Of a DNA stretch of 64,000 nucleotides, positions 56,653 through 64,000 are shown one piece after another. Source of the DNA: Candidatus Nanoarchaeia archaeon (GTDB lineage: Archaea > Nanobdellota > Nanobdellia > Woesearchaeales > GW2011-AR9). How positions within the stretch are numbered: position 1 is the first letter of the stretch; every line of letters begins with the position of its first letter. The stretch spans positions 1,548-65,547 of the forward strand of contig DATDXI010000066.1 of assembly GCA_035289385.1 (NCBI GenBank). Reading direction: 5' to 3'. Position numbers and translations under genes: made by a program. The notes under the pieces were generated by a model, which had not been told where the DNA came from, searched no databases, and worked only from the letters and a program-made list of their open reading frames with translations.

Positions 56653-57624
56653 ATGACTATAGACCTGCGTTTTGACCCTGAGTATGGAAATCTGACTAGG
56701 GGTGTTAGTGAATTTCAGGAAGAGTTAGCAAGAAGGAACCATATTGGTCCTAGCTTGGTTAGGCCTACTAATGGCGCAACTGGTGCATTAAGTGCCATAT
56801 TTTCGGCAACAAGAATTCGGGATGCTCATCAGGGGAAAAAATCTGTTGCGCTCTTGGCTTCTCCAGAATATTTTGATGCATTTCGCATGCTGAAGATGTA
56901 TGGATTTGATATTACAACTGCCGCAAATGGGATGATGAGATATCCTACATCCGAGATCATTGAACAGCTAGGTAGCAAGAAGCCAACTCTATTCTACGTT
57001 TCTGTACCCAATAATCCTACGGGGATTCTTCTTTCCGATACGGAGTTAGATCAGATTATCAATGAAGCTCCAGTTGAAACACGGATGGTTTTGGATAGGA
57101 CTTTAGTCCATCCAGAGCAATATTGCGAGACTTCTTCTTTAAGAGAAAAATTTGGAGACCGAGATATTATTATTGTTGACTCATTTTCAAAATCGTTGGG
57201 GGTTGTAAGTGATAGAGTGGGTTATTTTGTTGGCTTTCAGCCAGAAACAGTAGAAGCTGTCCATCCTTACGCTCATGCGCCGAGCAGTTTAGCTATGGCG
57301 AAGGTGAGAGGTTTGTTAGACGATGATGGTATTGAGCAAGAAGTTGAGACAGTAGTTAAGAAAGTTAGAGAATCAGATACTATTTTAAGACAATGGAATA
57401 AAGAGCAGCCAAAAGCAACGTATCATCCATCACTTTCTAATTTTGCAGTTATTGAATTATCTGGAATAAGTGGAGATGAATGCAGAGAAAGATTAGAAGA
57501 GCAAGGAATCCTTGTGCGTTCAGGTAGCCAGTTGTATATGTCTGCTGATGTTATTAGAATAGACATGGGACAACCAAAAGTATTGCCTGAAGTTCTTGAA
57601 AAATTAGATAAGATTCTTGCATAA
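56653..57624 (+). CDS. PLP-dependent aminotransferase class I/II (HisC-like)
   Basis: PNNPTG, SFSKSLG...RVGY, SNF. Confidence 0.88.
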   Translation: MTIDLRFDPEYGNLTRGVSEFQEELARRNHIGPSLVRPTNGATGALSAIFSATRIRDAHQGKKSVALLASPEYFDAFRMLKMYGFDITTAANGMMRYPTSEIIEQLGSKKPTLFYVSVPNNPTGILLSDTELDQIINEAPVETRMVLDRTLVHPEQYCETSSLREKFGDRDIIIVDSFSKSLGVVSDRVGYFVGFQPETVEAVHPYAHAPSSLAMAKVRGLLDDDGIEQEVETVVKKVRESDTILRQWNKEQPKATYHPSLSNFAVIELSGISGDECRERLEEQGILVRSGSQLYMSADVIRIDMGQPKVLPEVLEKLDKILA

Positions 57625-57678
57625 ATTGTTGTTGTCTTGCTTTGGAGATGAGTTTTGCTGTTAAAACTAGATTTGTAT

Positions 57679-58146
57679 CTAATACAATGGTCCTTGTTCT
57701 GGAGAATATTTTTGATGTTGTGGATTTCCAGGATGATAACCCCCAGATATATTTGGTGATACATAACTTCCACCGTTAGCTCTGGAATAAAGGCTGAGAG
57801 CATCCGTTGCAACGAAATAAGATACATTGTTTCTCCTTCCCGAACTGGTATAATCTCCCGTCAATAGTTCTAATGGGCTTCTGCCTGACGGACGGTAGAG
57901 ATCTTTCTGCTTGTCTAAACCATGAGCTTCTCTTGCTGCCTGATAGCCCGTCATTGCCGACAGCTGATGGGCATGATCCATGTAAAGAGGATGCATCTGT
58001 TTTCTTTCTTCCGGCATCGTTGGGCGTTTTGTTGCAAATTCTCTTCCTAATTGGAAAAAAATTGCTCTAGATGCATCAAATTCATGCTGTCCAAAAGAGC
58101 CTTCTGGGTGTTTAGCAATTCCTTGGTAGGGGTGTGTTTCGATCAT
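57679..58146 (-). CDS. Hypothetical protein
   Basis: 155-aa ORF. Confidence 0.5.
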   Translation of the reverse strand: MIETHPYQGIAKHPEGSFGQHEFDASRAIFFQLGREFATKRPTMPEERKQMHPLYMDHAHQLSAMTGYQAAREAHGLDKQKDLYRPSGRSPLELLTGDYTSSGRRNNVSYFVATDALSLYSRANGGSYVSPNISGGYHPGNPQHQKYSPEQGPLY

Positions 58147-58304
58147 GGTAAATCTGCGACAGTTTTGTCAGTTGTTGAGATAGATGTTTTGCCAGGCTTT
58201 AACTGTTTTGTGGCAAAGTGAGACAAAAATGTCATGATTCTTAAAAACCACTTGTAAGTGACAAATAACAAAATATTTATAAACATACTGATTTTTCTTA
58301 GTAT

Positions 58305-59270
58305 ATGGTTCAAGAAGCGATTGCTCAGATAAGGGAACGGTATCAAGGGACTCCATTAGTGGCAGTCATAGGCGGTGCTTCTCAACATTCGGCAAGAGAA
58401 GCCTATGAGCTTGGCAGAGCAACAAGAGAAGCGATGGCTCATATTGGTGGGGTATCATTTACGGTCGGCTTTCCTTCCTGGTGTGTTGATTTTTATCGTG
58501 GTGTAAAAGATTACGCTCGAGATACCCTCAATAGGGCATTTGGTGAAGCTTTACGTGGAAAATTAACCCAGGGAGGAGATGGTAGGGATTTATTTTTCTT
58601 GCTCTTGCCTCAAGATTTTCAGGAGGCTCTTCGTGAACGAGTGTCTATTTACCGAGGCTTACATCACTTGAATGGTAATACTTCGCTGAGCTATGAGATT
58701 GCTGGAGCGACGATGAAGGAGACGATGGCTGCTGTTATTCCAGAAGTTGCTGATCTTGTCGTGCTTCATAATGGAAATGAAAGGTTAGCTGCCTACGCAT
58801 CTCGTCTGGTCGCTGCTGGGAGAAGGGTATTTCCTATCATTACCTCTGGTGGCTCGTCAGAATTACTGGCAAAGTATGCTAGAGATCAAGCAAATCCTCG
58901 GGAAGTGGCGGAGTTAGCAAGATCTGGCGTTATTCTTGATCCTGAACAGAAAGAGTTGGTTCATCCAGTCTACGATGCAGCCAGGCTTCGCTATGCTTTA
59001 GCGAATGCTTTGGGGCTAACACCTGCTGATGAACTTCTAGATTCAAGGTTACTTCCTCCGGAACTGCCTGGATCTTTGGAACAAGTTCCATCGAAGCTGG
59101 TGAAGGTAGATGAAGAGCAAGCTGCTACTACTTTGCCAAAGGAAGACGTTTCATTAAGAGATCTCATTGATAGAAGTATTGATGAAACGTTGTCTGATTC
59201 TGAATCTGCTGCTCTGGCAGAGGCAGTCATGCAGAGCATTATGAGACATGGTAAACGCGATCTGAAATAG
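58305..59270 (+). CDS. Divergent SLOG/LOG-like Rossmann-fold protein
   Basis: VAVIGGAS, AYELGRA, ADLVVL, TSGGSSELLA; family call uncertain. Confidence 0.55.
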   Translation: MVQEAIAQIRERYQGTPLVAVIGGASQHSAREAYELGRATREAMAHIGGVSFTVGFPSWCVDFYRGVKDYARDTLNRAFGEALRGKLTQGGDGRDLFFLLLPQDFQEALRERVSIYRGLHHLNGNTSLSYEIAGATMKETMAAVIPEVADLVVLHNGNERLAAYASRLVAAGRRVFPIITSGGSSELLAKYARDQANPREVAELARSGVILDPEQKELVHPVYDAARLRYALANALGLTPADELLDSRLLPPELPGSLEQVPSKLVKVDEEQAATTLPKEDVSLRDLIDRSIDETLSDSESAALAEAVMQSIMRHGKRDLK

Positions 59271-59290
59271 TTCTGATTGAAGAAAAAAAG

Positions 59291-59523
59291 TAGCGGAGGA
59301 TGGATTCCCCCGCCAGTTACCCTAGGCGAGTCGTATGTCTGAGGGATATTCTGCCGAAATCCCTCTTATTGGAAAGGAAATGTCTGCTGTTATTTCCTTC
59401 AATAATTCTGGAGAGTTTAATAAATGAATAATAAAAAATAGCGGAGGATGGATTCCCACGCCAGTTACACTAGGCAAGTCGTATGTCTGAGGGATATTCT
59501 GCTGAAATCCCTCTTATTAGAAA
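59291..59523 (-). repeat. Two 85-bp direct repeats, each ending in the 16-nt 3' end of tRNA-iMet
   Basis: 59291-59375 and 59439-59523 differ at 5 positions; TAGCGGAGGATGGATT is also at 59603. Confidence 0.93.
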
Positions 59524-59602
59524 TACAGAAACTAAATATTTTTAAGAAGAATACCTAGATTTTCAGAAGTATACCATTTTCAGGATGAATAGATAAAAAA
59601 AG

Positions 59603-59677
59603 TAGCGGAGGATGGATTTGAACCATCGATCTCAGGGTTATGAGCCCTGCGGGTACTCCTAGCTTCCCTACTCCGCT
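59603..59677 (-). tRNA. Initiator tRNA-Met(CAT)
   Basis: AGCGGAG/CTCCGCT acceptor stem (A1-U72), GGG/CCC in the anticodon stem, CAT anticodon, GGTTCAAATCC. Confidence 0.95.
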
Positions 59678-59889
59678 ATGGTAATACTAAGAAAGATTAG
59701 CCCGTATTTAAAAACATTTGGTTTTATTCCCGTCTGGGTTAATACCCAACAGCTCTGCTGCGGTTGGGAGTTTCATTCTAGGACAACCGGCCCAGCTCAC
59801 TTTCTAAGTGATAGTCTCAAAATCACTCTCTTTTCGGATTGTGCCGGACAACCACTATTTATTTAAAGTACAAATCACTTCTAAATAAA

Positions 59890-60183
59890 ATGTCAGAACT
59901 TCAAAGTAATTCTACTCGAGAAAATTCAAGATTTAGGAATATTCCCCTTGGAATTTTTGAGCTTGTTGGGGGTTCTAGTTCAGTATTTGTTGGTGCATAT
60001 GTTGTAAATTTAGCGCGTAATGCTCCGATCCTAGAAAAATCATTTGAACCGGCACAATTGATTACTTATAGTATTGGCACTGCTGGTGTAATAGTTGCAG
60101 TAACTGGTCTTGTTGCAATTGTGAATGGAGTTAGAGATATAGTGGGTGAATATATTACCTCACAAAAATATCAAACAGATTAA
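59890..60183 (+). CDS. Small two-TM membrane protein
   Basis: Two hydrophobic segments; TATA upstream. Confidence 0.6.
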   Translation: MSELQSNSTRENSRFRNIPLGIFELVGGSSSVFVGAYVVNLARNAPILEKSFEPAQLITYSIGTAGVIVAVTGLVAIVNGVRDIVGEYITSQKYQTD

Positions 60184-60327
60184 GAAAAATCAAATACCCT
60201 TTAAGTCATGCGTTGTAAATACTATTAAAAATTTTCTGCCCCGATTTCTCAATTACTATTGAGAGTTTCCTAAACTTTATTCTCCACCGCAAAAACCTTT
60301 ATATACTTCTCTTCTTTCGTTGAATCC

Positions 60328-61242
60328 ATGAAAAAGGTGGTACTATCGAGGAGAACAGCTATTTTGCTCACCCTCGGAGCGGTGTTGTTCGTCTTGTTTT
60401 TCCTGCTGCCTATTTCCTTATCTCTGTTTTCCTCTAGCAGTTTTGGAAATGTTGCTTTGATCCCTATTGAAGGGGCTATCACTACAACAAGCGATACTTC
60501 ATTTGGGCAAACATCCGTCTCGTCAGCAGATATCGTTCAATTCATTGAAGATGCGGAAGCTGACCAAACTATTGATGCAATTGTGTTAGAGATCAATTCT
60601 CCCGGCGGTACTCCTGTTGCTTCTGATGAGATAGCACAAGCGGTCAAGAAAGCACAGAAGCCAGTCATCGCTGTCATAAAAGATATCGGCGCTTCAGGTG
60701 GCTATTGGGTAGCTTCTGCCACGGATTATATTTTTGCCAACCGCATGTCGATCACGGGAAGTATCGTTGTAATATCTTCCTATCTAGAATTCAGCGGCTT
60801 ATTGGACAAGTATGATGTTCGTTATGAGCGCCTTGTTTCCGGTGAGAATAAAGATATCGGCAGTCCCTTCAACAAATTAAATGAACAGCAGAGAGAACTG
60901 ATGCAGGGCAAGATTGATACTCTGCATGAGTTTTTTGTGGAGGAAGTCGCTCTGAATCGAGATATTCCATTAGAAGATGTTCGATCCATGGCTACAGGTG
61001 AAATATTTTTAGGATCGGAAGCATTGCAGCTTGGGCTGATCGATGAACTAGGAAATCTAGATGATGCCAAATCCTATCTTCAAGATACTTTTGGCTTAGC
61101 CTCTGTTGACTTCATCCCTTATGTCAAAGAAACTGGCTTTTTTGAATCATTGATGGGATTAGCGAGCAGCTTTTCCTTTACGATAGGTGAAGGCCTTGGT
61201 ACTATACTAGTAAAAAGAGATCAAAATCTATTTATGATATGA
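60328..61242 (+). CDS. sppA: Signal peptide peptidase SppA (S49)
   Basis: INSPGG, ASGGYW.A, TGSI, ATGEIF.G..A..LGLIDELG. Confidence 0.93.
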   Translation: MKKVVLSRRTAILLTLGAVLFVLFFLLPISLSLFSSSSFGNVALIPIEGAITTTSDTSFGQTSVSSADIVQFIEDAEADQTIDAIVLEINSPGGTPVASDEIAQAVKKAQKPVIAVIKDIGASGGYWVASATDYIFANRMSITGSIVVISSYLEFSGLLDKYDVRYERLVSGENKDIGSPFNKLNEQQRELMQGKIDTLHEFFVEEVALNRDIPLEDVRSMATGEIFLGSEALQLGLIDELGNLDDAKSYLQDTFGLASVDFIPYVKETGFFESLMGLASSFSFTIGEGLGTILVKRDQNLFMI

Positions 61243-61346
61243 CTCATGATACACCAATTACCATCCCCAAAAAAGTGAAATAAAGTAATGAAATAATAAA
61301 TCCAAATAATGAATCAAGATAATTCAATGAGGTTCCAATCACTACC

Positions 61347-64000
61347 ATGAAAACGAGAGGATTGATAGTACTGATGCTTATTGCAGTTCTTATTATCTCT
61401 ATGAGTTCCATCGCTGTCCTAGAGCAGACGAATGACCAAGGCAAGATCGAAGTTATTATCCTTCTTCATGATCATCCTGTCAAGAGCATTTCATCTGCTA
61501 CGGTAGCGTCAGATGATGGTCATGCGGAGAAACAAGAGCGCTTAGAGCATAGGAAAGAGATGGTCCAGGATGCGCAGGAACGTTTTATTGCCAAAAGCAT
61601 GAAGCAGGGAAAAGGAGCAAAGAAAGCAGATGCAAAAATATCAGAGCAAGATCTTCCTTCACTAGAAGTGGAGCAGCAATTTACCTATATCAATGGCTTG
61701 AGTGCAAAAGTAGCGGCAGATGATGTAGAAAGATTACGCAACGATCCAGAGGTGCGTGGTGTTTTCATCCCGATAGAATATCATATCCTACCAGAAGAGG
61801 TGCCTTCTGATACTCTTGGTGATGCTGCTGATGGCCCGATCAGTATTACTCTCTCCACCAGTGTTCCCAGCATTGGTGCGACGCAAGTGAAGAATACGTA
61901 TGGCCTTACTGGGCAGAATGTTACCGTAGCAGTCATCGATACAGGAATAGATTATACTCATGATGATTTAGGAAATTGTACTGCCGTTGGTGGAAGTTGC
62001 AGGATACAAGGTGGTTACGATTATGTGAATAGTGATACGGACCCGAAAGATGATCATGGCCACGGTACCCATGTAGCTGGAATCGTTGGAGCGAATGGTT
62101 CTCTGGTGGGAGTTGCTCCTGATGTTACCTTTTTAGCGTATAAAGTATGTAATTCAGCAGGCTCTTGTCCATCTGAAGCGAATATTATTGCAGCGGTTGA
62201 TGCTGCCATCGGCAATTCTAGTGATGTCATCAGCATGTCTATAGGTGGAGAGAAGAATCCTAACAATGGCTTAAGCGCGTTGAGTGCAGCGTTAAGCGAT
62301 GCCGTTGCTCAGGGAGTAGTGGTAGTAGTTGCTGCCGGCAACAATGGACCGAGTACAGGCTGTGTCTCTTCTCCCGGAGATGCTGTAGATATTATAACGG
62401 TTGGAAATTCTAATGATCAAGGCACGACGGATGTCTCTGATGATACGATTGTTTCCAGCAGCTGTTCCGGACCAAGCGCTTTTGGCAGATTAGATCCTGA
62501 TCTCGTTGCTCCAGGAAATTCTATCACCTCTACCTGGCTGAATGATGCAACGAATACTATCAGTGGAACATCCATGGCCACTCCTCATGTTTCAGGAGCT
62601 GCTGCGTTATTGTTGGAATATAATTCTACGTTAACTCCAGCTGTGGTCCGGGGAATGTTAATGCATACTGCTTCAACCATCAATGAGCATCTCTTTGAGC
62701 AAGGTTCTGGCATCGTTAATGTTACAAAAGCGATAGAATATAATTTGACGGTGAATGTTTCGGGGTCAGATAGATGGGAAACGACAGCTGCTAAAGGCGA
62801 GCTGCTTTCAAAGAATATAACGGTGAAGAATACAAATGATTTTGCGGTGAATATCACTATCTTTGCAGATGATCTTACCACTCTGGAAGGGGATTTCAGC
62901 ATGGGCAATTCTTCATATACGTTTCCTGCCATCATCGTTCCTGCAAATTCTGAAACAACTGTCCAGCTGAATTATTCTGTCCCAGCGAATGCCAACGCTT
63001 CTATTTATGGCTCTACCTTAGATATTCGCTCAAATAGGTCGCACTTCCTTCGGGTTCCCGTCGTTATTTCTGTTCAGCAATCGCTGAGCGGGACGATCCA
63101 GGGGATAGTGGATAAGAAACGGTCATCTTGCTCCAATAGCGCATGCGGCGACAAAGTGATGTATTATTTTTCTGTTGGAGGAACTAAACAAGTAAATCTG
63201 TCTTGGATAAGTACCAACAATGATCTGGATCTTTACATCTATAATTCCAGCGGGACACAGATAGCTGTTTCTGGGCAAGGGACGACGGAGATAGAAAATG
63301 TCACGCTCAATTCAACGTATAGCCAGTTCTGGGTCATGGTCCACTCCTTCACATTAGCTAGCGATAGCAGTGACTTTTTGTATAATCTTACCTTAGCAAC
63401 AACTCAGCAGGCTGCTACCATCACTCTTACTGCTCCCCAGAATAGCTCGTACCATCGCAGCAGTTTTAATCTGAACCTCAGCATTAGCGATGCCAATACC
63501 ATCTCTGAATCTAATTATACTATCACTAATTCTTCTGCAAGAGTCGTGCAGAGTGTGGTGAACGAGACGGTTTCTGCAACTTCGTTAACATGGACGGATC
63601 TGGTGAATGTTTCCAATTCTACGTTTACTGATGGGAATTATACGCTGACTGTTTTTGTCAATGATTCAGAGAATAATTATACGGAACAATCCTTCCTGTT
63701 CGTTGTTGATAAGACTGGGCCAGCACTTTCTGATATCCTTCTTGCACCAACAACCGTGTATAATAATAACACCGTTTCATTCCGGATTAACGTGACGGAC
63801 AGCTATCTGAACACTTCTGCAATCTTCCTTCAATCAAACTTTACTGGGTCGATGGTAAATTATTCTCTTGTCTTTGAATCCGGCGATAGGTACAATTATT
63901 CAGTGGGAGGAACAGCAAACTTCAGCAACCAGGAAAATGTTTCTTACCAAGTTTATGTTGTAGACCAGGCAGGAAACATCAATAGTTCTGGCACATTTTC
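61347..64000 (+). CDS. Large secreted S8 subtilisin-like protease (runs off window end)
   Basis: Signal peptide; VAVIDTG, HGHGTHVAG, VAAGNNG, SGTSMATPHVSG; downstream region rich in N-x-S/T. Confidence 0.93.
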   Translation, partial: MKTRGLIVLMLIAVLIISMSSIAVLEQTNDQGKIEVIILLHDHPVKSISSATVASDDGHAEKQERLEHRKEMVQDAQERFIAKSMKQGKGAKKADAKISEQDLPSLEVEQQFTYINGLSAKVAADDVERLRNDPEVRGVFIPIEYHILPEEVPSDTLGDAADGPISITLSTSVPSIGATQVKNTYGLTGQNVTVAVIDTGIDYTHDDLGNCTAVGGSCRIQGGYDYVNSDTDPKDDHGHGTHVAGIVGANGSLVGVAPDVTFLAYKVCNSAGSCPSEANIIAAVDAAIGNSSDVISMSIGGEKNPNNGLSALSAALSDAVAQGVVVVVAAGNNGPSTGCVSSPGDAVDIITVGNSNDQGTTDVSDDTIVSSSCSGPSAFGRLDPDLVAPGNSITSTWLNDATNTISGTSMATPHVSGAAALLLEYNSTLTPAVVRGMLMHTASTINEHLFEQGSGIVNVTKAIEYNLTVNVSGSDRWETTAAKGELLSKNITVKNTNDFAVNITIFADDLTTLEGDFSMGNSSYTFPAIIVPANSETTVQLNYSVPANANASIYGSTLDIRSNRSHFLRVPVVISVQQSLSGTIQGIVDKKRSSCSNSACGDKVMYYFSVGGTKQVNLSWISTNNDLDLYIYNSSGTQIAVSGQGTTEIENVTLNSTYSQFWVMVHSFTLASDSSDFLYNLTLATTQQAATITLTAPQNSSYHRSSFNLNLSISDANTISESNYTITNSSARVVQSVVNETVSATSLTWTDLVNVSNSTFTDGNYTLTVFVNDSENNYTEQSFLFVVDKTGPALSDILLAPTTVYNNNTVSFRINVTDSYLNTSAIFLQSNFTGSMVNYSLVFESGDRYNYSVGGTANFSNQENVSYQVYVVDQAGNINSSGTF

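Noticed and set aside
59291..59620. CRISPR array
   Set aside because: Only two 85-bp repeats, derived from a tRNA end; no cas genes in the window
60757..60771. SppA inactivated (GSIVV instead of GSIGV)
   Set aside because: A single substitution with the catalytic Ser motif intact; the effect cannot be judged

Overview
A 64 kb chromosomal stretch of an archaeon, most likely DPANN (Woesearchaeota-like). The assignment rests on archaeal r-proteins, Rpo4/Rpo7/Spt4, Dph5, archease, a BHB-intron tRNA, archaeal SRP RNA and TATA boxes about 22-26 nt before many start codons. Housekeeping genes include ftsZ (3' part), proS, alaS, hppA, topA, elp3, oapABC, udg, nre, dcd, sppA and an S8 protease that runs off the window end. 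Between them lie many accessory genes and five toxin-antitoxin-like loci, three of which look disabled or attenuated. The most unusual signals are: (1) a fused CapRel-like antiviral toxin with the YPNY motif; (2) a ~184-bp non-autonomous element with 8-bp target duplications whose nested internal stems co-vary between copies, with both intact copies inserted exactly 14 nt from a TATA box; (3) two tandem 148/164-bp units behind tRNA-iMet, each ending in a copy of the tRNA 3' end; (4) a double-hairpin 100-bp insert that breaks a RelE-like toxin; (5) a sigma54-type enhancer-binding protein under an archaeal promoter; (6) a PurD-like ATP-grasp + GNAT + racemase cluster. No CRISPR array, rRNA, transposase or integrase was seen. 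All family calls are by motif recognition, without database searches.
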